Of a stretch of 18,364 bases of DNA, positions 8,570-17,393 are shown piece by piece (within the stretch, counting starts at the first letter, position 1; each line of letters begins with the position of its first letter). The DNA is taken from positions 1 through 18,364 of the forward strand of contig CANMWZ010000052.1 in the NCBI GenBank assembly GCA_947501605.1, given 5' to 3'. The position numbers and the translations under genes are program-made. The DNA is from Planctomycetota bacterium (GTDB taxonomy: Bacteria > Planctomycetota > UBA1135 > UBA2386). The notes under the pieces are model-generated. The model had not been told where the DNA came from. It made no database searches and saw only the letters and a list, made by a program, of their open reading frames with translations.

Positions 8570-9066
8570 CTGGATTGCCTCCAATGACTGAACCTGACAC
8601 TGGCGCTGCGTCTCGAGGCCGCGAGTTCCTCGCCGACATCGAGCAGAACGGAATCCAAATCGTCTACGACGAAGATGAGTCGGCGCAGTCGAGCCGGGCC
8701 TTCACGCTCGGTCTCTGGCACACGCAGAAGCAGCCCGAAATCGTGGTCCTCGGCCTGCCGGAGGAGCTTGCCGAGCGCGTGCTCGAACTGGTCATCGACG
8801 ATGTCGAGGATGGCGTCTTCTGCGCAGCGGATCAGAAGCGCGAAGGCCTCGTGCACGGCTACCCCGTGTGGTTCGGCAGGGTCACCAGAGCCCAGGTCCA
8901 GGCCCTGCTGCCCGAGATCGTGCACACCTACGGCAGCGCCGATGTGCCGGTGCTGCAGCTCGTCTATCCCGACAAGCAGGGCCGCTGGCCGTGGGATGAA
9001 GGTGTGCGCGATGGGTTCCGCGACACCCAGCCGGTGCTGGCGCGTCTTGGCGACGGCGGCGCGTGA
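8566..9066 (+). CDS. DUF4262 domain protein
   Basis: [21 protein letters not shown] and [17 protein letters not shown]...TQPVL. The GTG start overlaps the upstream stop; ATG 8584 is an alternative. Confidence 0.8.
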
Positions 9067-9107
9067 CAGCAGTCGCAGCGGCCCGATGCGCTCCCCGCAA
9101 CGCGCGA

Positions 9108-11318
9108 TCAGTCGACCGGCTTCTGCGCCATGGCGACGAGGTTCTGCAGAGCGGCGACTCGCGGGTTGCGCGTGTCGGCGCCGGCCGACAGTGCATTGAT
9201 GAGGCTGGCCTGCGCCAACTCGACGTGGCCGGCCTGCAGCTCGGCGAACGCGAGGTTTGCGTGCAACTCTGGCGGCGCGTCGGCACCAGCCGAGGCGCGC
9301 ATCAGTTCGAGCGCTTGCTGCTGCTCGCCCAGAGCGAGCAGTGCACCGCCCAGGTTCGCGGCCGTCATCGGCGTGTTCGCGATTTCGTGGGCCCGTTGCA
9401 AGAACCGGCGAGCCGCGTGGGGCGTTCCGTCCGTGAGTTCGAGGGCGCCACGGGCAGTCAGAGCGAGTACGTCATCAGCACCGGTGACGATCGCGCGTTC
9501 CAGCAGTTGCCGCGCGCGACCTGGGTTGCCGTTGCGTGAGTGCATCGTGCCCGCCGCGACGAGTGCTTCGTGGTTGTCTGGTTCCAGATCGAGCGCCTTC
9601 TCGATGGTCGCAATTGCCTGTCGTTGGTGACCCTGATCGAGCTCCATCTGGGCCTTCGCGAGCATGTGTGAGGCCAGCCCCTTCCGCGTGACCGTCAGGC
9701 CCGCGTCCTTTGGCATCGCCAGCGGACCACTGTCGCGAAGGTGCGCTTCGGGCCCGGGCGCGGCCATCGCGCGTCCCTGGAGCGAACCCGACGACCAGTC
9801 CTCCGGCCGATAGCTGTCCAGTTGGATCGAGTTCCATTGGAAGCCGCGACGCAGTTGCACGAGGCGGTGCGAGCCGCGGCGAATCTCTTCGTCGATCCAG
9901 GTGTCGTCGAGGATGCGCGGTGACAACAGGATGATCAGCTCGACCTCGACACGGTTCTGCACCGTGCTCGAGAACAGCTGACCGAGATACGGAAGGTCCA
10001 TGAAGAACGGAACGCCCTGTCGCGTCTCGTTCTTGCGCGTGCTGCGCAAGCCGCCCAACGCAATCGCCTGGCCACTGGCGACGCGGACGATGGTCGTCGT
10101 CTCGCGTTGGCTGATGATCGGGACCTGCACGAGGCCGTCCGGCGTGATCACGGTGCCAGTCTGCTCGCGGACCTGCGGCGTGAGCGAGACGGACAAGACG
10201 CCGTCTTCGCCAATGACCGGATGAACCTGCAGGGTCACGCCCGCTTCGACAAAGTCGACGCCGTACTCGGTGCGTGCCACACCCTGATCGTCGATGACCT
10301 GACGGGTGATGACGGGGATCTGGTCGGTGACGCCGATGGACGCCGACTGATTGTTCATCGCAGAGACGCGCGGGCTGCTGAGCACTCGCAGCTGGCCTTG
10401 CGACTGGAGCGCATCCACGAACACCGAGAAGTCGCCGGTGTCGAGGACGCCGAAGCGGAAGGCGGTTCCACCCGACGCCGCCGTCTGTGCGGCAATAGCG
10501 CCACCACCCGCGAGCCCGCCCTTGTTGCTGTTGAACAAGTTCGGCAAGACCGACCAATTGACGCCCAAGCTGTGTTGGTCGTCGAGTCGGACTTCGAGGA
10601 TGCGGGCTTCGAGCGAGACTTGTTTGTTGGCGCGACGCACCGTCGTGTCGACGAGTTCGCGGAGTCGCGCGATGCCACTTGGACGCGCTTCGACATGGAT
10701 CGTCGAGACGGAGCGATTGATGACACTGGTCGCGTTCTCGCCGAGCAACGTCGGCAGCGCGGCCTGAATGTCCTGCCAGAAGCCAATCGCCTGGCCGCCA
10801 CCGCCACCGCTAGCGCCAGCGCCGCCGGCGCCACCAGCACCACCGCCGCCGCCACCGCCCTGCTGCGTGCTCCCCGCATCGATCAGGTCGATGTGCAGAG
10901 TCGCGCGCACGCGGTCGCGAACACGCAGGTAGTTACCGTCCCATTCATAGCCAAGGTCGAGGCTCGTAAGCAGCGCTTCAAACGCCTCCTCGACCGTCGA
11001 CTTCTTGATGTCAAAGGTGCACTCGGTGGGCTGAACGGACGGATCGATCATCAGGTTGATGTCGGAGTCCTTGAACAAGGCCAGCAGTACATCGCCGATC
11101 GGGGTTCTGCGAGCTTGCAGCGCGTCCATCGGTCGACCGCCGGCGGCCTCGCTGCGCTGCAGCGATGGCATCGGTACGACCAGCATCGGCTGGTAGACCG
11201 GCTTGCCGCCGCCGTCCTCCTGATCGTGGTGCGGCGGTGTCGGGCCGGTGAGGCTCTGACAACCGGAGAACGCGACAACGGCGGCCGCGAACGTGAGCAA
11301 CTTCGAGAACGTCATCAC
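9108..11318 (-). CDS. Lipoprotein secretin (MshL/GspD-like) with C-terminal TPR extension
   Basis: Lipobox AFSGC; STN-like domain; Gly-rich insert; QVSLEARILEVRLDD...LGVNW, VLSSPRVSAMNNQSASI, GVTLQVHP, GVPFFMDLPYLGQLF, ELIILLSPRI. Followed by TPR-like helices (AIATIEKALDLEPDNHEAL...). Start is GTG 11318 or ATG 11315. Confidence 0.92.
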   Translation of the reverse strand: MMTFSKLLTFAAAVVAFSGCQSLTGPTPPHHDQEDGGGKPVYQPMLVVPMPSLQRSEAAGGRPMDALQARRTPIGDVLLALFKDSDINLMIDPSVQPTECTFDIKKSTVEEAFEALLTSLDLGYEWDGNYLRVRDRVRATLHIDLIDAGSTQQGGGGGGGAGGAGGAGASGGGGGQAIGFWQDIQAALPTLLGENATSVINRSVSTIHVEARPSGIARLRELVDTTVRRANKQVSLEARILEVRLDDQHSLGVNWSVLPNLFNSNKGGLAGGGAIAAQTAASGGTAFRFGVLDTGDFSVFVDALQSQGQLRVLSSPRVSAMNNQSASIGVTDQIPVITRQVIDDQGVARTEYGVDFVEAGVTLQVHPVIGEDGVLSVSLTPQVREQTGTVITPDGLVQVPIISQRETTTIVRVASGQAIALGGLRSTRKNETRQGVPFFMDLPYLGQLFSSTVQNRVEVELIILLSPRILDDTWIDEEIRRGSHRLVQLRRGFQWNSIQLDSYRPEDWSSGSLQGRAMAAPGPEAHLRDSGPLAMPKDAGLTVTRKGLASHMLAKAQMELDQGHQRQAIATIEKALDLEPDNHEALVAAGTMHSRNGNPGRARQLLERAIVTGADDVLALTARGALELTDGTPHAARRFLQRAHEIANTPMTAANLGGALLALGEQQQALELMRASAGADAPPELHANLAFAELQAGHVELAQASLINALSAGADTRNPRVAALQNLVAMAQKPVD

Positions 11319-11974
11319 TTGGTTACCTCTGGCGGTGTGCTTCGCGGCGCGCCCGTGTTCGTCGGTGCGGCCGAAGTCGCTTGCTGCGCGGCTACTTGCT
11401 TCGCAGCGAGCCGGCGTTGGACTTCGGATCGGAACTCTCGGGGGTTCGGGTCCTCGAGGTCATACGTCAGGATCTTCCCGTTCCACGACAGCACGATCTG
11501 GCCGCGCTCGATGGCGACGACCTTGCCGTTGCTGATGGAGTCGTTGATCCCGAGAACGCTGCCACCCAGAACCGCTCGCCGCGACGCCGCGCTGATCATG
11601 ATGACGCCGAGCGACAAGGACGGTGGATCGGCGCCGATCCACGCCTCGCTCATGAGGAGGCCACTCTCACCGCCGGGCGCCGAAAACGCGGAGGCATCCG
11701 CGGCTTGCACGAATGCCATTCGCACGCTTTGGCTGCCGGCGTAGGAGCCGTGGACGGCAAGGAGGTCGCGCCACGCGATCTGGCTCTCCGACTCTGCGTC
11801 GCTGGCTTCCGCTTCCGCCAGCATGGGGTCTTCGCCAAGCGCATCGCCGATGGCCGCGAGCCCGTTGTCGAACTTCGAGCCGAAGATCTGGCGCGCTGCG
11901 ACCGTCGCACTGATCACGAAGATCAGCGCGGCCAGTGCTGGGTGCATCCCCTTCTTCTTCTTTGCCTTTCTCAT
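11315..11974 (-). CDS. MshK/PilP/GspC-like assembly protein, 219 aa
   Basis: ATG at 11974 overlaps the upstream stop (ATGA). One TM helix, then LSLGVIMISAASRRAVLGGSVLGINDSISNGKVVAIERGQIVL, typical of the HR-like beta domain. Located just before the secretin. Confidence 0.7.
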   Translation of the reverse strand: MRKAKKKKGMHPALAALIFVISATVAARQIFGSKFDNGLAAIGDALGEDPMLAEAEASDAESESQIAWRDLLAVHGSYAGSQSVRMAFVQAADASAFSAPGGESGLLMSEAWIGADPPSLSLGVIMISAASRRAVLGGSVLGINDSISNGKVVAIERGQIVLSWNGKILTYDLEDPNPREFRSEVQRRLAAKQVAAQQATSAAPTNTGAPRSTPPEVTK

Positions 11975-12477
11975 TGGCCAGTGCCCTCGTGGTAGGTGGC
12001 GAGCGCTAGCTCGAATGCAATCTCGGCTGCTGTCCCCGGCGACACTCGTCCCGACTCGGCGATCACGAGGCGGGCGCTGTCCTCGATCCCGGCGAGGAAC
12101 TTGCAGACCTCGTCCGGAGTACCGATGCCGCTGATCTGGAAGGTCTGCTTGCCGGCGGTCGCGGACTGCGCTGCCTTGACGCTGCCGAGTTGGATCTTGC
12201 AAGCGTCCGCGATGCCCTGGATGAGTTGCAGCGTGCCGGCGACGTCTGGCGTCTTCAGGAGTTGCTGTTCGACGGCGATGATCTTGGGTGGTGGTTCCGC
12301 CGCTCGTCGTCGGGCGTTCTCGATCATCTGGCCGACGAAGTCGAGCTGGCTCTGTTGCGAGGCCAGGTCGCGCTCCGCGGCTTTGCGCGACCACTTGGCG
12401 AGCCCCGCCAAGCCCAGTTGCAGCAACGTGACGGCGCCCACGATGGCGAGAACTACAGTCTTCTTGTCGAGGCGCAT
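11971..12477 (-). CDS. PilO/MshJ/GspM-like inner-membrane protein, 168 aa
   Basis: ATG at 12477 (TGATG coupling). TM helix, coiled coil, then a ferredoxin-like tail FQISGIGTPDEVCKFLAGIEDSARLV. Confidence 0.75.
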   Translation of the reverse strand: MRLDKKTVVLAIVGAVTLLQLGLAGLAKWSRKAAERDLASQQSQLDFVGQMIENARRRAAEPPPKIIAVEQQLLKTPDVAGTLQLIQGIADACKIQLGSVKAAQSATAGKQTFQISGIGTPDEVCKFLAGIEDSARLVIAESGRVSPGTAAEIAFELALATYHEGTGQ

Positions 12478-13901
12478 CAGGAGTTCCTCCAGGCGAGGCT
12501 CAGACGGAAGCGGAAGCGTCCGGGCTGCCCGGCGACTTCGTTGATCTCTTCTTGGCCGGCCTCCTCGAGGTAAGGCAAACCGTGGATCAGATGTGTGAAG
12601 TCCGCGAAGGCGTCCAGCGCTTCCTTGCGCGTTTGGCTGTCGATCAAACCACTGACGATGATGCGCTCCGTGCTGGCGAACCGGAGCTCTTCCAAGCGCA
12701 GCTGTGCGTTCGTGCTGTTGCTGATCTCCGCCAGCAGTCGACTCAGCGGACGACGCATCGACAGCGCACTGCGGAGGCTCGCTTCGGTGGCCGTGGTGTC
12801 CGGCGGCAACGCGAAGGTCGATTGAATCTCGCCCAACTGCTGCTGCAGCTCCATGTGCTGTTGCGCGGACTGCGTGACTTGCAGACGAACTTCCGTTGTC
12901 GACTGGAGATCGGTAACAGCGCTGAAGGTGCACGCGAAACCGAATGCCGCAGTGCCAATCAGCGAGGCCCAGCGAGTCGCGCCCCATGGCAGCGAGAGGC
13001 GTGGCGGTTGCAGCAGTGATGGCGGCTCGGTGCCGGCGCCAAGGCACTCGATGAGCTTCATCACGCCGAGCCCGGGGTTCGCTTGCGAAGTCGCAACCGA
13101 AGTGGTCACGAGTGCGCGTTCGACCGACTCGAGGTCGCCACGGATCATTGCGATCGTGGCATCGTCGATCGCGACGCGCGTGCCCAGGACCAGGCGATGT
13201 GGTACTGGGCATCCCGTCTCGCGCAACCACTCGATGGTGCGTGGGAGCTCCATCATCAATTGTCCGGCGAACGCCTCGGCTCCGGCTTCGTTGCCGCCGC
13301 CGACCAAGAACCGGCGCACCCGAACTGGCGCGTTGCTGTCGCAGAGCACGAAGCGCGCTCGTCCCGAGTTGAGCTCGACGACGGCGGTTTGCTTGCCCGT
13401 CGACGGCTGAGCCGCGGTCGCAGCAAGCGCAAGACACGACTCCATGGAGTGCAGCGACAGAACTTCGATGCCCGCCTGACGGAAGGCCTCCTGGATCGGC
13501 TCCCAGACGTTGCGGGCCAGAGCTGTCGCTGCCGCGACAATCCGCTTGCCCGCCAGCGTGCGGAGCAGTCGAGTCGACACCAGCACGTCGGCGGCTGCTG
13601 GCATGCCCGTCAGACGAAGTGCCTCGCGGACGACGAAGGCGGTGGTGTCTGCAGGTGTGAGCTGGGGCGCGGTGGTGACGAAGTGCTGCACGCGGCGATC
13701 GCCGAGCACGACGTGGACACCCTTGCTGCCCTCGAAGAGCGCACCGTCGGCGCCTCGCAGCGCCTTGGCCACACTGTCGCGTCCTAGGTCGGCGAGCGGC
13801 AAGCGCACAGCACGCAGCACTTCGCCCTTGCGGCCGTCGTGCTTCGCTGCCGTGATCGAGAGCGCTCCCTCTTCGAGTTCGACAATGGTGAGGTAAGTCA
13901 T
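12477..13901 (-). CDS. PilM-PilN-like fusion (GspL/MshI-type architecture), 474 aa
   Basis: Actin-like N-part (LTIVELEEGAL; AVVELNSGRARFVL), TM helix, coiled coil, and PilN-like tail LLAEISNSTNAQLRLEEL...IIVSG...FRFRL. Confidence 0.75.
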   Translation of the reverse strand: MTYLTIVELEEGALSITAAKHDGRKGEVLRAVRLPLADLGRDSVAKALRGADGALFEGSKGVHVVLGDRRVQHFVTTAPQLTPADTTAFVVREALRLTGMPAAADVLVSTRLLRTLAGKRIVAAATALARNVWEPIQEAFRQAGIEVLSLHSMESCLALAATAAQPSTGKQTAVVELNSGRARFVLCDSNAPVRVRRFLVGGGNEAGAEAFAGQLMMELPRTIEWLRETGCPVPHRLVLGTRVAIDDATIAMIRGDLESVERALVTTSVATSQANPGLGVMKLIECLGAGTEPPSLLQPPRLSLPWGATRWASLIGTAAFGFACTFSAVTDLQSTTEVRLQVTQSAQQHMELQQQLGEIQSTFALPPDTTATEASLRSALSMRRPLSRLLAEISNSTNAQLRLEELRFASTERIIVSGLIDSQTRKEALDAFADFTHLIHGLPYLEEAGQEEINEVAGQPGRFRFRLSLAWRNS

Positions 13902-13908
13902 GAGAGCT

Positions 13909-14559
13909 TCAGATCGTGATGTCGTCCGCTGTGCCGAAGGTGCGATCAGGGCCAGCGCTGGAGAGCGTGTGAGCGGTTTCGTTCCACGACAGAACGACGC
14001 CGAAGCCGTCCTGGTCGTAGATGGACCCGAGGCCCATTGCCGTGCGAACGGTCGGCCAAGTGCCGACGATCGAACCGCCGGACTCGATGTGGTTGGCCAA
14101 GACCTCGATGGCGATGCGCAGCTTCATCCAGGTCTTGCGCGATCCGGGAACGCCGCCAAAAACCTGCACCCCGAGTTGCTCGCGGGCGAAGCCGTCGTTG
14201 CGACCATTCTCGCCGATGCTGTGCACCGTGGCGAAGTTCTGCGCAGCGTTGACTGCGTAAATGTAGGAGACGTTCTGACCGAACGCGTCAACCGTCGCGG
14301 TGCTGGCGAACCCCGGCTGCAGATGCACGCCGAAGAAATCAGTGGCTGTCAGAGTCGCTGGAAAGCTGGCATGCTCGAAGTAGTACGAGTCGAGCGCTGA
14401 TGCGAGCGTGTCCAGCTCTTGCTGGGCTTCGGTGCGGCGCTTGTTGACGATGACGGCGCTGGCCAGCGGCATCGCCGAACCGAGCAGCAGGCCGAGAACG
14501 CCGAGTACCACGACTACTTCGATCAGCGTGAAGCCCGCTTGCCGTTCACATGTCGTCAT
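13909..14559 (-). CDS. Prepilin-type (pseudo)pilin, 216 aa
   Basis: Class III signal QAG|FTLIEVVVVLGVLGLL; ALDSYYFEHASFP; C-terminal SAGPDRTFGTADDI. Confidence 0.9.
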   Translation of the reverse strand: MTTCERQAGFTLIEVVVVLGVLGLLLGSAMPLASAVIVNKRRTEAQQELDTLASALDSYYFEHASFPATLTATDFFGVHLQPGFASTATVDAFGQNVSYIYAVNAAQNFATVHSIGENGRNDGFAREQLGVQVFGGVPGSRKTWMKLRIAIEVLANHIESGGSIVGTWPTVRTAMGLGSIYDQDGFGVVLSWNETAHTLSSAGPDRTFGTADDITI

Positions 14560-15358
14560 CGGTTCCCCCTCTGCGATCCCAACCGATCGCGATCACGCCG
14601 AGCGATGGATCCAAGATCAGCCTGCGACCGCTGCCGTCGAGCGCGAGATTGTCTGGGCGACCTAGTGCCGCCATCAGGCCACCGGCGCCAGTGAGCGCGG
14701 TTGGCATGGTCAGGAGGCCGTGCAGGAAGCGAAGGTCACCGATCGTGTCTTCGGCCGCGGTGATCGCGGTGGTCAGTGCGGTCCGTTCCGGGTCCGTTGC
14801 TTCGCGCCAAGTCCGGCGAGCCGAGGCGATGGTCCGCGTCGCGTCGCGCATCGCCGTGACTTCTGCGGGCGACATGGTCGTTGCATGCCGGTACGGGCTC
14901 GCGAGCAAGAGTGCTCGCAGCAGTCGAAGACGAGCCCGTTGACGAGCGCGCAGTAGGTCCTCGCCCGGGACGGCGAAGACGAAGTCGTCGGCAGTGTTGA
15001 GACGCTGGTCTGGACCACGGCTGCGAACTTGCGCTCCGGTCGCAGTGCGCGCGTAGGTCAGGTCCTGTGCTGCCCCGTAGGGATCCAGGCGCCAAGCTCC
15101 AGCGGCTGGAAGTCCGCTCGCGGTCACCAGCGCGTTCAAGTTGGCCGGGAACGCACCGTTTCTTGCGAAGGCAGTGCGCGCAGCCGCTGCCGCAGTGCCG
15201 AGGTTGGCTTCCACCCTGCGGGCTCGACCAGCGAGCGGTGGCAGGAAGTTCTCGACCGCGAGCAAAATGCTCATCGAGCCGAAGCCGATGACACCCAAGA
15301 GTAGCAGCAGGGCGAGACCGCCTTCGCGATGTCGGACGTGGGTAGCGGGGTGCTTCAT
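14546..15358 (-). CDS. Atypical pilin-like protein lacking Glu+5, 270 aa
   Basis: REGG|LALLLLLGVIGFG; FARNGAFPANL; LDPYG; SRGPDQRLNTADD; C-terminal IGWDRRGGTDDD. Overlaps both neighbours. Confidence 0.75.
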   Translation of the reverse strand: MKHPATHVRHREGGLALLLLLGVIGFGSMSILLAVENFLPPLAGRARRVEANLGTAAAAARTAFARNGAFPANLNALVTASGLPAAGAWRLDPYGAAQDLTYARTATGAQVRSRGPDQRLNTADDFVFAVPGEDLLRARQRARLRLLRALLLASPYRHATTMSPAEVTAMRDATRTIASARRTWREATDPERTALTTAITAAEDTIGDLRFLHGLLTMPTALTGAGGLMAALGRPDNLALDGSGRRLILDPSLGVIAIGWDRRGGTDDDM

Positions 15359-16560
15359 TTGCCGATTCCCTTCATCGCTGAGTAGATGGTCCCGACAACG
15401 AGCACCGCGACTCCGCCGACGATCAACCCGAGTGCAACCGTGACGATTGGCTCCAGCAGTGCGAGGGCCCGCTTCACCGCTTCCTTGACCTCGCGATCGT
15501 ACAGCCGGCTGAGGCGGCCGAAGGTGATCGGGAGTCGGCCGGCTTCTTCGCCGACCTTGATCATGCTGAGGGCGACCGGCGGTAGCGCCTCGGTCTCTGC
15601 AAACGCCTCGCCGAGTCTGGCGCCGCTGATGATGCGATCCCGAGCATCTTCGACCTGATCGCGAAAGCGCGGCGAGGTGACGGCCGCGCCGCCGAGTTCG
15701 AGGGTGGTCGTCATCGTCAATCCAGCTTCGAGCAGCACACTGCAGGTGCGGCAGAATTGGGCGATGGCGAGCGTGCCGATCACATTGCGTGCAACCGGCA
15801 TCGCCGAGAGCGCGTTGGTTGCCATGCGTTGGAACGCAGCGGTGCGCAGCATCATGGCTACGGCAGCCATCGCGGCGACGGAGCCGAGCGAGATCGCCAG
15901 GATGTTCTCAGCGACGAACCCGGAGCAGGAGATCAGCAGGCGGCTGGCCGGCGGCAGATCGGTGCCGATCTTGCTGATGACCGAGGCCAGGCGCGGCAGC
16001 ACGAACGCCAGCAAGAACAACATCATCGAGTAGCCGGCGACGGCGACGACGATGGGGTAGACGAGTGCCTGCTTGACCACGCCAGCGATCTCGATCTTCC
16101 ATTCGAGGAACCCGGCGATCGATTGCAGGACGCTTGGCAAGCTGCCGGACTGTTCGCCGGCACGGACCAAAGCGCAGTACATCGACGGAAAGGCTCGCGG
16201 ATGCGCCGCGAACGAATCGGACAGACTCTGGCCAGCGGCTACGCGCCGTTCGACATCGGCGAGCAGCGCGGCGATTCGAGGATCCTCCTCTTGTTCGCCA
16301 ACGGCCCGAAAGGTCGAGAGCATTGGCACGCCGGCGTCGAGCGCCTCGTGCAGTGCTTGCGTCAGCAGCAGCAGACGGCGCGGCGTCAGCCGGACGGTGG
16401 ATGTCGTGGCGGCTTCCGCGGGCGGATCGAGTTCTCGGACCTTGACGAGAACGCGGCCCTCGCGGTGCAGCGTTTCGTGCAGTGACTGCGCATCGGGGGC
16501 GTCCAGCTCCATGGTTGCCGTGGAGCCGTCCTGTTCGAGGATGGTCGAGCGGAAGCGCAC
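15355..16560 (-). CDS. Type II secretion system F / PilC / MshG platform protein
   Basis: AGVPMLSTF, GQSLSDSFAAHPRAFPSMYCALVRAGEQSGSL, ALVYP, MIKVGEEAGRL, LLEPIVTV. Confidence 0.93.
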   Translation of the reverse strand: MRFRSTILEQDGSTATMELDAPDAQSLHETLHREGRVLVKVRELDPPAEAATTSTVRLTPRRLLLLTQALHEALDAGVPMLSTFRAVGEQEEDPRIAALLADVERRVAAGQSLSDSFAAHPRAFPSMYCALVRAGEQSGSLPSVLQSIAGFLEWKIEIAGVVKQALVYPIVVAVAGYSMMLFLLAFVLPRLASVISKIGTDLPPASRLLISCSGFVAENILAISLGSVAAMAAVAMMLRTAAFQRMATNALSAMPVARNVIGTLAIAQFCRTCSVLLEAGLTMTTTLELGGAAVTSPRFRDQVEDARDRIISGARLGEAFAETEALPPVALSMIKVGEEAGRLPITFGRLSRLYDREVKEAVKRALALLEPIVTVALGLIVGGVAVLVVGTIYSAMKGIGK

Positions 16561-16639
16561 GGGGACATCCAGTGGGGGCAGAGGGGGTGGATCGGGCGCG
16601 GCGCTGGGAGGTGAGGCCCTCAGGGCGCGACCGGTTCGA

Positions 16640-17293
16640 TCACTGGCGCTGCGTCATCAGCACACCGAGGTCGTCACCGGTGATGTCAGTCGTCGCCGTG
16701 GCGTTGGCGTTGGTGTCGAAGCGGCCGTTCGGACCGGCCGACAGGACGTAGAGACGCTTGTAGGTCGTGGTGCTCACCGAGTGGCCGGAGATCACGTTGA
16801 CGATGTATGGGCGACCCCAGGGATCGAGCGGCGAGCTGCCAGCGATGTAGGGGCCGCGCCACTGGCTCGTGCCCGTGACCGGATAGGCGGCGCCAGCCGT
16901 TCTCTGCGGCGTGTTCGTCAGCAGGTGGTTGTTGAGCAGGTCGCCACGCGCACCGCTCATGCCCCACGTGACCCAGTTGTGTCCCGCAGAGTAGGGGTTG
17001 GTGGTCGGCATCGTCGGGCCACTCAGCAGCGTGTAGACCTGGTTGTTGGTGCCAGAGCTATTGCGCGCGGGGTAGACACCGGCATGGCTGTAGAACTGCA
17101 TTACGGCCGCTCCCAAGACCTTTGCTTCGGCTTCGGCGCGAGCGCGACGGCCGTCCTCCATGTAGCTGCTCAGCATGGGGACTGCGATTCCCGTCAGCAG
17201 CAGAACGACAGACAGCACGACGATGACCTCGACGAGCGTGAATCCGTCAGGGCGCGCGCGGCGAGGTGAGAGTGCGGCGACTACATGGGCCAT
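16640..17293 (-). CDS. GspG-like major (pseudo)pilin, ~217 aa
   Basis: Likely ATG at 17293. DG|FTLVEVIVVLSVVLLL; FYSHAGVYP; WRGPY; LDPWGRPY; LSAGPNGRFDT...GDD. Confidence 0.9.
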   Translation of the reverse strand: MAHVVAALSPRRARPDGFTLVEVIVVLSVVLLLTGIAVPMLSSYMEDGRRARAEAEAKVLGAAVMQFYSHAGVYPARNSSGTNNQVYTLLSGPTMPTTNPYSAGHNWVTWGMSGARGDLLNNHLLTNTPQRTAGAAYPVTGTSQWRGPYIAGSSPLDPWGRPYIVNVISGHSVSTTTYKRLYVLSAGPNGRFDTNANATATTDITGDDLGVLMTQRQ

Positions 17294-17393
17294 GCGATGG
17301 GTATCGGATCGGGATTGATGCCAACGTGTGCGAGGTACGGAGTTGTTCGCCGGCGCCTCAGGTCGGCCAGTCGTCTTGGTCGATTGACTCGAG

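Noticed and set aside
10790..10862. CCGCCA-type short repeats
   Set aside because: They encode the Gly-rich linker of the secretin, and are not a CRISPR or independent repeat.
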